The notes below the pieces were generated by a model. It was not told the DNA's origin. It saw nothing but the letters and a program-made list of their open reading frames with translations, and searched no databases. This document shows positions 47,840 to 62,600 of a stretch of DNA of 64,000 nucleotides, piece by piece. How positions within the stretch are numbered: position 1 is the stretch's first letter; each line of letters starts with the position of its first letter. Both the position numbers and the translations under genes were made by a program. Origin of the DNA: Takakia lepidozioides (taxonomy: Eukaryota > Plantae > Bryophyta); assembly GCA_030704615.1 (NCBI GenBank), contig CM060732.1, forward strand, positions 74,214,001 to 74,278,000. The letters run 5' to 3'.

Positions 47840-49098
47840 ATGGTTGCAATGACCGGATTGTGGGCAATGGGAGATTCCCGGCGGATGGGAGTGAATGCCG
47901 ATCTTGGTTGCTCGGTGTCCCTATCCTCGGAATTGGAGACCACTGCCTTCCCTTTCATTGCTGCATTGACTGCTCCTTTGGTGGCCATAGCGTGTTCTTA
48001 GGAACCATACCGAAGTGGAGGATGCTTCCAAAAGCATGGGGTCCATAATCTTTTCTTTCCTGGAGGGGATGAGGAGATTTGAATAACTGCAGAATCCTTT
48101 GCGTGATACACGAGATCCTGAATGTTGATTCCAAGGGCCGGGTTGTGGAGCTCCTAGATTTGATGAGCGAGTGGAGGACGAGAATCATTGTTGGGGTTGA
48201 TTTGCCCCTACTGCATTTGGCCTGGATTCGATTGAGAGATAGGAATAAATGAAGCTTGTGCAGATCCAGAGTTGGCATTGTCTCTTTTCCTCTTGGCCTT
48301 TGGGCAGTTGGCCTTTAGGTGACCAGATAACCCACAGTAGAAGCATGGCGACAAGGCTATGTCCTCAGATACTTTAACTGAATAATAATTCCCTTTGTTG
48401 TCTATGGGCAGTTTGATGAATTCTAGGAGCACATCGTCATTTGGCATCATTACTGCAATCCTTGCAAAGCCATTCTCATTGATTCTGGATGTTATGGTAC
48501 TCCCTTTCCACGCCGTGTTCCCCCTCAGTGACTGCATACTCATGTTGGGATTGAAGACACCAATGCATCCCAAGTAGGCTCCAAAAAAGTTACCAATGTT
48601 TGGTAAATAAAAGAGGTACTAGTCGGGGATGTAGGGGAGGGAAATAATTCTGGGACTCCAAATCTTGCCATTGCGGTTCCCCATCGCCATTGACCATGGA
48701 AAGATATTGACATTGAAACCATGCAGGTGTGGGTTGAATGCTAGAGCCTTGTTTGTTGCTTCCTTGGTTTCCAATAGAGTAGAAAAGAAACCTCTCCCTC
48801 TAGACTGGCAGAAATGGTAGAGAAGATCCCCCGAGCCCCCCAAGTGCCTGATTGCCCAATCCGTTACGAAGGCTCTACCCACCTTTTTGCCTGGAAAATG
48901 GAGCAGAACACCTTTACTCTCAATGTCTGCAATCGTGCCTTCAAGGTAAGAGATCTCAATGTCAACCAAGGGGTGATCCTTGTTCATTGCAGCTTGAAGA
49001 TCAGCAATATCCTCACTGAAACCTTCCATGATATTGGTGTTCCAATGGAGGGGAGAGGAATTCGCGAGCTCAACTGCAGTAGGAGACTCAGTGCCCAC
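47840..49098 (-). mobile_element. L1-type LINE ORF1 remnant (DUF4283/RRM-like region plus CCHC zinc knuckle)
   Basis: GRGFFSTLLETKEATNKAL..NIFPWS, then CFYCGLSGHLKANCPK after a frameshift. No ORF2 is present. Confidence 0.7.
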
Positions 49099-49358
49099 TG
49101 GGATGGAGGGGCCCGAAGAATCTGCCGCAGAGCTGGGCCCTTCTAAGTTCTACCCTTTAGGATTTTAGATCTAACACAATAACAAATTGAAATAACATTT
49201 ATGTATGTAACATTAAACCAAAGTCCATTCTACTTAATTAGCCAAGGATTCTCTCATAATAGGAAGTGGGAAGCCAGAATATCATCTATGTATAACTCAC
49301 ATGAAAAGGCTGAAGATATTTTTCACAGACTTTCGTCATACAAAATATTACACCAACA

Positions 49359-49603
49359 GTCGGTAGCTCAGTTGGATAGAGCTATCAGTGCCACCCACAT
49401 GATTTTGGGGTCTGGGGTCAAATCCAGCTACCTTGATGGCTGTGGTATGTTCTTCTTCCCCTTCCCTTGGGCGGTGTCCCATGCGAAAGCCTTCACGGCG
49501 AGGTTACTCTGAAAGAGGTTATTTTTTCCTCTCACTATAATTAAGGGGCCTGATTTGTGAGCCTAGGTGTTTCTTAAAAGATAAAAATAAAAATAAAAAT
49601 AAA
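49359..49603 (+). mobile_element. tRNA-derived SINE
   Basis: A box TAGCTCAGTTGG and B-box-like GGTCAAATCC, a body containing the LINE-type tail motif GAGGTTATTTTTTCCTC, and an (AAAAT)n tail. Confidence 0.6.
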
Positions 49604-50886
49604 TGTGAACACCTTGCCCAAGCAAGGGTAACTTATGGTGCCCGCTTGCCTCTAAATAGCCTTTCAATGGGAAGGTGGACACTGGACATCTTCATGACAT
49701 CCAACATGTGGTTTGAACCCACAACCCCTAATGAGGCGGCTTGTTCCCTTCCCTTGGCTAAGTGTTGGTTGTCCAAAAGAACACTTAAAACATCACTTCA
49801 AACTTCCACCCAATATGGTCACTAGGAGCCATCTCCTTGGAAGAACAATTTCAAGGAGATACACCTCACAACTATCTCTCTTCTAAGGATCATTCTCACC
49901 ACTAGGCGCAAACTAGAGAATAACTGGCCCACTCACTAGCAAACATTTATATTGAATATATAAGTCGCATATCCAAATTAGCCAGCAGGTGAAGGAACTT
50001 GTGAAAGCTCATTTCAATCATGCTTTGGATGCTTTTGTCCCAACAATGTTGACAATGAAGCTCTAATTTCATAGAGAAGTGTAGTCAGGAAGCGACAAGA
50101 TATTTTATATAGAGAGACACAGGCATATAGAGGAGCCAACTCACAACATCTCATCCACCATGTCACAAAGTTCATACAACATACCTGTACACAGGGATAC
50201 CAACACTGGATAAACACCAAGTTGCACACCCAAAGAAATCGCCCCTTTACTTTACATCACTATATCCAAATCTCCAACAACCACATTTTCTGGTCTAGTA
50301 ACCCTAGGAGATCACAACCCTAATACAATGGCCCAATAAATCGGTCCATATGACTAAGGTATCCTCAAAGTCTCTTCAACATATGCCTAACCCTATGCTG
50401 TCGTCTAATCAATTCTAGACATAACAAGAAACGATAAAAGAGATAATCTTGAGCTTCACATGCTCTTAGTTGGGCTATCATAGCTATAGCTGGAGTGAAA
50501 TTGAAATTGAATTTGAAGGATAAATAAAATGATTAATAAATGTGAAACAATTATGCGTGAAAATAATCACGAAGAGTATGTTGTTTGTGACCACATTGTT
50601 TGAAATGCAAGTAATCCTTTTTGAAATGATTGAAATTTCCTTGTCTTTAACATGCTTATTTCCCTCTTGAAAAAGAAATGAATATCCCTGTCCCCTGTTT
50701 TGCAAAAAGAAATCTAAAAACAAAAGCACTTCCTTTTGTAAAATTTGTGGGGTTACTAAGAGGGGGAAAAAAAAAACAGAGAGAGCAAAATTCTTGCTAA
50801 AAGAACTTACACTTGTCCATGTTTGACTTACCCACAGAACAAAAAAATTCAGCTCCTGCCATCTTCAAAGGCCATCTTCTGCTTGT

Positions 50887-52090
50887 CTAAGTTTCCACTT
50901 GATGTCTCTGTGACGTTATGGACGACTTTCCTTGTCCCAAATGGATTGCAGGTGTTTTGACCAGAGAATGTGACAGTTTTGAGCTGTCAGATGGGAGCTG
51001 CTCAGAATTGTTCAGATCAAATTCTAGAAGAGCGTCTACAAGTCGAGCTTCTGGGATTCCAGCATCCATGCAGCCTGGGCAAACACTGAACGACAGGTTC
51101 AAAGGAAAGAAAGGGGGGTTGCAGAATGTGTGTACAGTTTACATGACCTGTGCAGGCTGGTTGATTGCATGGGCTCGTGGGGGACTACAGGCAGCAGGCA
51201 TGGGGTTGCTTGAGATGCAAATATTGTCTAAGCTTCTATTTCCATCAGTCAACGATGCCACTTTCTACGAAATTGTGGTGTGGACCTCATCAAGCAGGAT
51301 CTGCTGTAACTTGAACAATGCATTCTTCCATCTTCTCCATTTTTTAGTATATTATAACAAGGAAAAATGGGGTTGGGACTTTGGCATCTGCCATTTGCCT
51401 AGTAGAATGAGCCTAGATATGGTCTAGTTGCAATACGGTCTAATAGATGATCAGTGTTGTCAAATACAATCAGACTATCTAGGGTATCTGTATCCTACTG
51501 GATCTATCTGCCTATACATGTAGCATCACGCAGAACAGAAAGCCTCCAGGTCAAACAGACCACGCGGAGTCTACAAAATTGTTGAACAACAGTTGGATGC
51601 AAACAAATTACAGCCGAGCAATCAAAAGCGACGTAACCTAAACCCACATAGCCTTACCCGATGGAAACTCGTTCTTGACCAGCCGTAGCTTTCTAGATCC
51701 GTGAGCCTTCTGAAATTCCTTTCCATAGCCACTTTGCAAAGTCTCTTGGGCAGTCAGATCTTTGAGCTGAGAGGATATCTCAGCCTCAAACTTTGACGAG
51801 AGAAGCCTCCTCTGCTCTACTATCTTTCGTTGAACCATCTCCATAGATTTTTTTGGGGGGATGAGCTTTCGTCGATCTGCTGCAATCTCGTCGAGCTTCT
51901 TACTCTCAATCTGCATCATCTGTCTCCCAGGGGTTAATAGCCTTCTGTGCAGTGCAAGCTCCTCCAGCCTCTTCTCCAGCCTCTTCCTCTCCGTCTCCAG
52001 TAACTGCTTTCTGGGGGAGTAGATCCTCTGTTCCTGTTGCATTTTCCAATTTGATGATGACCAATCGGGCTTCGTCGTGGCCCCTATCAT
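50887..52090 (-). CDS. Unknown spliced gene with coiled-coil exon
   Basis: 150-aa charged heptad-rich ORF (51638-52090) ending at a GT donor-like site. Further probable exons near 51150-51330 and 50887-51075. No family recognised. Confidence 0.4.
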
Positions 52091-53283
52091 TGACTAAGAG
52101 GGTTCCACAAGTATGCGAAGGTCGTCCAAAAGGAAAGCATCCATGAATCCCTTCCTCCTCGTCCGCCTCGACCTCCTCTCCTCCTTACTATTTCAATATT
52201 CCCAACCGTCCTGAACGTCGAACGACAAGTTCAGCTGATATTTCGTTGGCCAAATCCTGAACTGCCACAGCATATAACGGCTCAGTGACTCACCCTGACT
52301 AGTTTGAGCTGTCATCAAAATTAACTCAAACCTAGCTGGTTCTGGAGGTCCAGTCAAGCTAAAGCATACAATTTTGTGGGATCTTCGAGTTCTGAAAGGG
52401 CCCGGAAGATCCCAACGAATGAACAGAAACAATCTAGAATGTGGCTTGCAGTGGACGCATTATGAATCCTTTATGAGAATACGGCAATGCGGCCTTATCA
52501 GAGGAATCTGTTGAACTACCCGGAGTTTTTTCCCAGTCCATGTCTCCTGACGCAGAACCTTATGGGTTGAATTTCTACCCACAGTACTAGCTTATCTGCA
52601 CCCAACTAACATCACAGGCTCAAAAGAGCTGACAGGAACATCTCTCCCACATGGGTGTACTAGTCAATATGACCTCCTCCACGGTGTAAATAAAAAAGCG
52701 GGAGGGCATCCCGCTTATTTAGTAACTGCCCTTCCCTCCTCCACCTTCCTGGCCTCCATCTTTATATACCAGCCATGCAGCAAAAACCTTCGGCAACCGT
52801 GGCGTATCGCCGGTAGGTACACTCACCTACGTTTTCTAAGATGAAAATTCTGGAAACTATGTTCTAGACAGTCCTGTAATTAGGAATGGAAGTAAGGATC
52901 TTGGATTGGAAAGCGCTCTGATGTCGTTGTCTACCTCATGTCTGTCTTGACGACAATGACGAGGTTCATTAATTAGGAAAATTTTCGCTCTTCGTTCAAA
53001 CTTCTTGAGATGAGGGTTTACAGGATTCGCCCAGATCCTAAGAATAATGCTCGTGATTTGTTTTCTTCTAACGTGCAGGGTTAAATTTTTCCCATCTTGC
53101 TCCGCTAATCCCTGTCCCTTGAGAGACAGATCTTTATTTATGCATGTAGAAGCTGGAGCCTGAGTGCCAAGGCCCGGTAGAGCTTATTTTTTCCTCTTGT
53201 ATTCTCCCCTCTTATTATTGCGATTGTCAAGGCTTCCGCCCCTGTTTTCACAAAATAAAATAAAAACTGATCTTAAAATTTAG

Positions 53284-55530
53284 GCGAGCAACATCTGCGC
53301 CTGGAGAAACTGCCAAACTTGAAAAAGAAACCAGAGAGAAGATGAGGAAGTTGGCAGAAATTCGAGCTGCTATGGCGTCGGAGCGCCAAATATGCGATGA
53401 GCTTAGGTATTATTCTGGGCTCCGAGTTTACATGAAGCGAGATTTCTTTGCAGTCGGGCAGGCGCTACTGAATATGTTGTCTGCCTTATTCCAGTGAGTA
53501 TTGGTCAGTGAGGGTCCGTTGAAGCTTTACCCAAATCCTATAGCTTTAGACTAATTCAAACGTACCTTCATAACGAGCTACTGCTCAACCTCTAATTTTG
53601 TGACGTACGTGCGTAATTCTACAACTGCAGCGTGGGCAGTTTAGGCATATATACTGCTGATATGAGGATTTTGGAGTTTTGGCTACAGGAGAGAAGCAAG
53701 TACCAAAGGCAGCTGGTGGAGCACCGGCCAGGTACAGTTGGCCTTATCTACAGGTCCGGAATTCCCATGTCTCTCAGCGCAAGACGTATGCACTACGTGA
53801 TGCATGTATGACAGAAGTTCAAGAAAGTCATGACAGACTCCTTAATTCCTCCCTTCATGTGCTGCAGAAAGGTCAACAGGAAGATATCCATGAAAAGGTG
53901 TCAAAGCCTATAAAGGGGTCGCTTCAAACTGTTCCCAGTTCGCTCAGAAGCAAACGCAGCTCTACTGCCTCTCCACTGACTAAGACTGCTGGTATCTCCT
54001 ACCTCATTTTCCTGTCAGTACACCTACTTTGGCACAGTCGTTTCTATTTAACTTCAGACCACGTCCCGTCGATATAGCAGCTAGCGTCTAGCTACTGCCA
54101 TATGAGGTCGTCCATATCTTCGAATCATTCCATGCTCGGTTCGGAAATGGGAATGATCTAGCTGATGTAAACACTCCAGACATGATTTCACAGGAAGAAC
54201 CATATGTACATCCAACTTAGATCTATATGGATAAATCACATTATGCACATGCTGCATGGTAGAGATTTTACTGCAACATAATCTACACTATGTCTGAGTA
54301 TTCTTGATCTTCAGAATCCTTTCGAAACGAAAATAAGTATATGAGAACACCGGAAGTTGTAACAAGCCCAAGCAAGTATCTTGAAGACAACTTTGATGAA
54401 GCGGAGAGCCATGCGTCATTTGTGGAAGCCTTGACCGATTGGCGCAACTCAGGCTGCACTCACAAGCAAGGCAGAGTCCCTTTCTCTCACACACGCACTG
54501 TAAGCACTACAGATTGCAAGGAGATTGCAAGCCTTGCAATCTAATTGTCAGTGTGAAGTCACGAGCTGCCTCATTAGGAAGAAGAAAAATGATGTCTCAT
54601 GAAGAATGTGTTAAGTTGATCTGGTCACAGCTTTGTAGCTAATCTTGTAGTCGACAGATGGGAACTAAATCAGAGATGGAATTCCTCAGCCAGAAGCGGG
54701 ACCACGCGATCTAGAGGCCCTTAGTCTTGGATCCACTTGGTTAAAGCATGCCCAGAGTGACCGATTTAATAAATTGAGCATCAAATCAGCTGCTGCATAT
54801 TGAACATGAGCTCTACACCACGGCAATGCTGGCCCTACCTGTGTACACATGCAATGCTCAATGCTCTCAATGACAAAGAAATGCTAGTTAAACTATCGCC
54901 GAACCCCTTTTGCACGTTGGAAAGCCCTTCTACAGCAGCCGTGAATTTGTGAAGGATCGTGTGCAGATATGACAGGAATCCTTCCGAAACAAGAAATGCG
55001 ACCAGCTGATCAGGCTAAACCTCGTGTCCTATTGGTTAACATCGATCGCACAGTCCTTGACAAATTAAGCTTGAATTTTATGCAAAACAATTCGTGATCG
55101 TGCATAGTTGTTGCATGTAACAGAGGAGCAACAAGAAAGGATTGCAACTCGAACCCCACGCAGTTGCTGCACAATGGGCATTCAGACAGAGAGACCCACA
55201 CCGGATGTTGTCGAGAGTGCGAGTCCTCTAGAAACCATTGGTGGCACCTACTTTCAACATGTAACGATCACAAGCTTCTCCCTCCACAAGCTTTTGAGAA
55301 CCCACCTGCTTGTTTGCTCTTGAATCTGGGACTCTGTGTTTGGTATGAAGCTGAACTCAAGTCTCATGCTCAATTGTGACATTTTGCAAACACATGCCTT
55401 CCATGCTTGAGAATGAATGCATGCACCCCTGATACTCACAATGTTGCTGCGTGCATGTTGGCAGCTTTTTAAGCAAGACTCGAGGCAAGCTTTCGATCTC
55501 CACTCAGGAGAGAGAGAGAGATAGACCTAA
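53284..55530 (+). CDS. ZBBX-like (ciliary) protein, multi-exon, no B-box seen
   Basis: Exon peptides ETAKLEKETREKMRKLAEIRAAMASER (coiled coil), LEDNFDEAESHASFVEALTDWR (resembles the ZBBX FDEeeSa.sFqeAL.eWR block) and GTYFQH|LFK. The exon structure is only partly resolved. Confidence 0.45.
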
Positions 55531-56676
55531 GAGAGCTCTTTCTACTCACAAAATATCAGCAAGATGGGCCCTGCCACCCTTTGCGTAGAGCTGCTTCATG
55601 GGAACTCCATCAGAACTACTTACCCCCAAGGGGAAAAGCCTTTACGAGGGTTGGCTGGACCATATGAAGTAACTGGCTGTGCTGCCTGCAGATCTTGTAA
55701 CTCTTGCTTTGTTGCCCAATATTGACACCCTGACATGGGCAAAAATGGGTCCTTGGTCTTGAACACTTCACTCACAACACATAATGGAGAGTCTATAGTC
55801 TTGCATCCTCTGCCAGTGAACACACAACAGTGGCAAACACCAGACTAGGTTTGAGCGAGGAACACCAGCCTTCAATCCTCATTCATTTCCCCATCCCTTG
55901 TGAGATGAAAATACTCTTTGTGTGCAGAAAATCGTGATGGGCACTGGTCTTCAGCTAGGTTCTGCTTTTTTCAGGAGAGGCCTCGGCAGTGTTGGCTTGA
56001 TCTATTGATGTTGGTTTTTGTTTTCTTAAGTTGCGGCCACAAAGAGCCAAAACTCCATGAAGAGGTTTAAAATTAGAACTAATGTTTTCCTCCCCGGGAC
56101 TTCCAACTGATTACAGCCAGTAGGCCTCAACCGAAATTCTTATCTTTTAGGCTTCCTCAAATCTTAGATGGGGAAGAAAGCGATTCACAAATAAACTAAC
56201 CCAAATTAATAGAGGATGTGGCCGTGCAGATGGTGTGGAGGGAATGATAAACTCAGCCTCTTGCCTGCGTTGCCTCACCTCTCCTAGCCTGAACCCTATT
56301 GTTGCTTGCGAATGCAGGTCCAGTGACATATGCCCTGAAGAATTTCTACAATTGCGGTATCCAACCATAACCTAGGTTACTATTAGTACTACCTAAAGTG
56401 CAAAGACCGGACCCAATCTCCATTGGAGACAATGCCTTCCAAACCCATGGGCAGGTGCATGATACTCAAACCTGAGCATGTTCCATGAGCTGATTTGGAA
56501 GCCATCATACTTTTACCTTTGACGAATGCTGGTGCCGTTGCTGTTGCCAGTGCCAAGGTTATTAATTGGAGGACATGAGAAAGAATAAGAAAGATTGATT
56601 GATGTGATGGAATAGGTGTGAGAGCTCATTTGCAATGCATGGGGTGTGAGAAACGAAAAGGAAGGGGGGCTGCCCC

Positions 56677-59600
56677 CTAGGGAGGAGGCACGGGAAAATC
56701 TCGCTCATTGGCCCGTCGATACAATATTGCAGAAGCTTCCAGCCTGCATCAGGGGATGACCACCACTCAGCCTACAGAGTAAATCTTATAAACCTGCCAA
56801 CTCCGCCATGTCAGCTTCACTAATCTGGACTGGGACAGACAAGGGATGTATTTCCAGCTAAAAGTTTGCTGGATCGAGGAACCACCAAGCCAGATTAGAA
56901 GCGGAAAGACAGTTTGCCACACAGCAATCTCCCTGAGAAATTCAACTAATACGACCACAGGTCAGCTTACCAGGCAGGTCGAACAATATATCTACCAGTT
57001 GATAATGCCCAGTTCACCTGCATGTGACAACCATTGATTAGAGTTGCAATGCATGGGGTATGCTTAGATGAAAACATCAACATCCTGCAAAATTGAAGTC
57101 CCATTACTATGGAGGTATACCTTGTCGGTACCATGAGAGATGGCAACCACATGAGTGACCTTTTCATCGTTGTTGAGGAAGCAGCGGGCCCCAAATTGTT
57201 CAGCCATACGCCATAGTGGGTGCATATGTGGCTGTGCATCTCCAACCGGAAAAACCCGGCTGAACAAAATGCAACAGCCAGACAATACTCGGTGCTGCTC
57301 CGCTGCAAGTATGGCACGTACATCCACCTCCCGTAACCTTTGATTTGTAAAGAAGCTGTTGTGAATCCTGTCTATCACCTGTTCCATTGTCCAAGTCAAC
57401 AGTTTCAAGTTTGTTGGAGAGAAAACTTGCAAAAAATCTAGAGAGAGGCAGCCTTCTTAAGAATGTACTCATAAGACGGTTGATGTAGCCTTGTGGCCGT
57501 TGACCCCGCGCCCAGTTTGAGTGGAACACAAAGGGACAGAAACTACCTTTATCAGGGGCTGACGCCAGTAGTTTGACTTACCTTGAAACAGACAGATCTG
57601 TTTTCCAGAAAGCCTTCTTAGAGAGAGAGATAGAGAGAGCTGTGACAAAGTGCTGTCCTTGGTTAAAAGAGAGATACGAAGGTTTCTTGCACAAACCATT
57701 AAAGCTGAGGCAAGCATCCCATCTGTCTCTCTCTCATCATGACCCACTTCCAGAAGAGAAGGGCCTGGCAGTCCAAATTGGCGCCTGCTGCAGGGGAAGT
57801 ACATATACCTGCACACAGGGAGGACAAAGAAAAATTATGAGGGCCTTGGGCAACACAAATAGGAGTTTTTCAGAGACCTTTGAGCAAAGATTTATGAGGA
57901 CTTAAGAGCTAAGTGTTCACATCATACATGATATGACTACATGACACAATGCATGTCCCGTTGCTTGATAACAGGAAGCAGAAGAGGCAATTAAAGAGGC
58001 AATTCTGAAGAGCAAATAGGACAATTACCGCTCCACAACAATGAGATTCTCTCTGTGATGTGGCCAGACTCTAGACGAGTCATCAATGATAACAACCGCA
58101 GACTCCATGCCAAGCACTCCATCAAGATCCTTGCTTTTTGGAGGCCTTTCATCACCTTCCTCATCCCCTTTAGAGATAACCCGACCTGCAAACAACGTTC
58201 CAGTGGGATCTAGCAGTTTGGCCATTTCTGTGGCATACGCCTTGTTGCCCATTGTGTATACATGAAGCTCATAGAGCTGACTTGCCTGCAAGAAACCTCA
58301 TCAACTTAGGGTCAGACTTGTACCCTAAAATAATGTCCTTTCGATTCTGAACCCCTGCCTGCAGCCAATATCCCTGTGCATTAACACCAGTCAAGCAGAC
58401 AAGTAAAGCTTGCAATCATGGAGAGAGACGAAAGGTGCCAACAAACTATTGATGAGGCTGCTGGAAAGAAGTTGACCAATTTTGAGGAGTGGTGTCCACT
58501 GCGGATCTGCCATCTGTGGAAGGCTCCCAGGACTTGAAGTTTCCTGACAACTTACTCAGCAATCTTTCGGGCCCACTCGCGCCACCCATGCATATCCAGA
58601 ATTGAACAGCTGAAGTCCATAAAGACAACTACAAACATTCCTTCCAACATGGGGTGACATATAGACTTAAACACGGTTGTGGGCACATATACACGAACCC
58701 TATCAAGAAACTTCCAAATGCCAGGTCGCAACTTGGTCCACATGCCCATGTGAGGGAAGCGGTAGAGCTCCCGCTGCATGCGCCCTTCCCTGCTGGCCCT
58801 GCTTCGCTCAGCAACTTCAGCTGCTCGCAGACGGGGCTCCCACTCTGGCTCAATCTCAACAAACTGACCACAACGGCGCTTGCAAGGTTAGCGGACTGAG
58901 AAACATATCCCATACCATTGATGTCCAAAAGACATGCACATGCCACTTAGCAAATACTTCAAACATCTCATCATAGTGAGATTACCAGAAACCACTGACG
59001 CTGAGTAGATCAACCCACCTGATCACCAGTTTGACTTGTCTAGATTACACCATTGTCCTAGTACCAAGACCAGGAATTATGTCAAATTTAATTACCTTGG
59101 CCGAATTAAGTAAAGTATGATCAAGATCGAGGACAAGGCAGAGCTTGCCAGCACTGAACATGCGATCTTGTTCTTCCATCCGCCGCGCTCGCTCCTGCTG
59201 TACCGCGAGGCGTTCCTCCTCATCCAATGTCCCTAACAGTTGCTCCAGATCAGGGTGCACTTGGCTCCCCCCCCAGAGATTTGGACCTACAAGAGGTTTG
59301 CGGGTCTGAGCATCCATACTCACTGGTCTCTGAGTCTCAGTCAGTGCTTCCGCCTCTACCACAGGGACCTGCTCACTGGAGACTGGAATTCCTACATCAT
59401 TCATCACCAACGAGTCTACAGTTTCTGCCCTTCCTTTGTTGATCTCACTGATGTCTGTCCCCTCCTTGCTCTCTCGTATTGGGGAACTGCTAGAAGGGTG
59501 CTCAATCCTGTCTACAGTACTTTCCAGAAGAAAGCGACGTGGATCTCGAGGCCGCATGCGATGTTTCCCACCAACTCCAGATTCAGTCAGCTGGTAGTCC

Positions 59601-62600
59601 AGTTCTTCCATCCTTTCCCTAGTGGTTGCTTCCATCTTATTCACGACCGCCTTATTGGTGTCATTTTCTAGTGTTCTAAGACCAGGCTCAGGGAGATGGG
59701 TGCCTGCAAGTATCTTTACTTCTGTCAATGCATCATTAGTATCAACATCCATATCTGTAGGTCCATCCTCAACCATGGGATAGCCAATGCATGTATTATC
59801 CTCCAACCAACCCCCGCTTGCTGGGGCCCCAAGTAACAGCTCAGAAACGGGTGCTTCATTGTCAACTCCAGAAATCTTCAACCGCTTCGCAGTGAACACG
59901 GTTGGCATACTCTCTCCATCTGGAGCTTCACGCTTTCTGATTGGTGGAAACAGTACAGATGGCACTGTCTCGGCCATCTGTCGCATGGATGGACCATGAA
60001 GATGGCCATTAGAAGCCTCGGATTCCAAACAGGTCTGTTGAAATTGTCTTCTTGGATCTCTACTATTCCAGTTCGCCTTTGCCTGTCCAGAAACTGGCAT
60101 ACTCTCAAACTGATCAGTCTCCCTGTTACTCTTGTTGGCCACCGCTGATTGTCGAAGCAGCTCCAGCTCTGCAGAAGTCTCAACTGCCATTGGCAATGTA
60201 GTAAAGTAAGCCCTCCCCGTCTTACTTATGTGAGGATTCAAAGTTGTAAGGTAATCCTCCATGATTGGCGCTGGAGTTGTCTCCAATCTCACAACTTTCT
60301 TATTTGTCAGATCTGTTGAGTGAACAGCAGGGGGCTTCTTACCAGCCCAGGCCTCATCATCATCATCTTCAGAGGGTGTTGGACTTGGCAGGCGATTACT
60401 AGCAAATGAAGACGTAACTGCTAATGTTTCCTTTAAGGAAGGGGTGACACTTGTACTGTCTGACACGAAAGGCCAATATCTGCTGTTACTTGATACCCCT
60501 CCTGCATGTGCATTTTGCATGGGTGTGGCATATGATGAAGTAAAACCAGAAAATCCAACACCAGGAGGGCTCAACTCCTCCCAGTCTTCCTCAAAAGACT
60601 CGTGGACATATGGGGCCTTTGTAAAACCTGATGGCATAATCACATTATCAGATGCCCTGTTGACCAATGTAGGTTCTTCTGCCAGGCTGCCCCTAAAACT
60701 CTTAGCCATACCACTTTGCAATTCCAGATCCCTAGGCCCCACCAACTGCCCAGGGGTCTGGCCAGCACTTGAATATAGAGTTTGTTCATAAGAGGGACCT
60801 CTGCCATCCCAGCCCCAAGTACCCTGTACTTTTTCAGGGAAACAGCTCATAGGCTTGTTATATGCAATTCCATGTGGTGTGTTGGCAAAGGCTGCTGCAG
60901 AGCTCTGCGCATAGGCTATGGCTGCTGCAGCAATGGCAGCAGCATCAGCTGCCAGCTTTGTGCCTGCATAATTTCCAGAGCCCAGCCTTCGGGCCATCAT
61001 TTCTGCAGTGCTCTCTGCCTCTGATGAGGGACACGGCCCTGAGCCCTCCAGCTGAGGGTTGGCTGAAGAGTTAATAATGCCTAATGGCAGCCCATGCCTG
61101 CTCTCCTCCTGAAAATGATTAGATGAAGGCTTGTGTACATGGAAGAACTGCCGGTCACCTGCCTCTGGCCTTGTCTTCCGTCCTGCTTTTGTAAGCTGGT
61201 CCATGAACTCTCTCAGCTACAAAAACCGCCACCAGCCACTCAGAAGGAGGAAGCTATATTTCCTATCAGCAACAGGCAAGTTTCTGTAGGTATGATCCTC
61301 AGCTTAGCACTCGAAGAGGCAAAACAACAGAAACTGGTTATTTTTTGGCAAAAAACACTGGCAGGTTCAACAACTGACGCATGCCAGAACCTCAGTAAAC
61401 CTCAACAGTTGGTGTCAGGAGGACAACCTATGGCAACAACTACAAGTAAGCTGACGTTTCCCCAACCAATTAAAAAGCACGCCGATGGTTATCTAACATA
61501 GGTGTTTCAATCACCAATTCTCACCTCCCGTGCTTGCTTAGGTGTGAACAGTTTTGAACAAGGACCATTCACAAGCTCCAGCAACCTGTGCAACAAGAAG
61601 AAGGACGTCAGGGCTAGATTGAACTAGAGATTGAGCAGTGTGGAAGATCCTGAATAACACAAAAGATGATAAGCCAAACCAACTGACCTTGGAAAGGTGT
61701 CCTTGTCTCGCTCTTGCTCCCTTCCACTAGCTGTATTCCAGACCTGTGACAAAAGAATAGGGAGAGAGAAACCTCCTTCCCGTCAGAACAGGCAGACAAG
61801 GTGCACTTCCATGAAAATGCAATCATTACTCCAAAATAAAAAGTTGAGCCAGGTTCGCCCATATTTTAGAGAAGCAACCTATTGGTATACAAATTTTCAT
61901 ACATTTCTCAGTCGGCTGATGATCGTTTCAACTTACTGCATACACAGCACGGATTCCTTGAAAGGCCTTATCCGCAAGATTCGAAACATCCTGAAGCGAT
62001 GCTTCTGCCTGGCCGTCATGTTGGTCCTGCCTCTGCTTGTTGAGCTCCTCAAGAGTCTTCAAAGCTTTGTAAAGTCTGCTACACATACTGATGAAGGACC
62101 TGTGACAAATTTACTGCTTTAGTGGTAGATTAACCAGAGAAAACAGCTCCAGAAACAGGCTTTTAAGATGCCAATCCAGCTAAAGGACACAAGCCGTGTT
62201 GGCTATCAGGTCCTGCCATCCCTATCAATCACACAACTTGCCAGCCACTACTTTGAAATGGCAAGAAACATAATTGACAAACACGTATTATGCTAAGAAT
62301 CATAGTTGCCCAGGAATTTTTCCAGTAACAACACAGACCGAATGCTGGATTCCTCACAACCTAGGGAGGAGCAGATATCAGCAGAGCTCTCACTTTTGTG
62401 CATCTTTCACAGTTACATTTTTCACCAAGGCCCGCACTGATGCAAGCTGCTCTCGCCTTTCATTTTCTGCAGCTCTAGCTAGCCAATTAATGTCGTCATC
62501 GTCATGGCGTCTCCGTAAGCTCAAATCTTTCGGCAAAAGTCTAGATTGAGACTGCTGAGATTTATACATAGATCTCACAGGAACCTTCCCAATGTCCGTC

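Noticed and set aside
49359-49435. tRNA gene
   Set aside because: A and B boxes are present but no convincing cloverleaf or anticodon arm, and it continues into a SINE-like body and A-rich tail.
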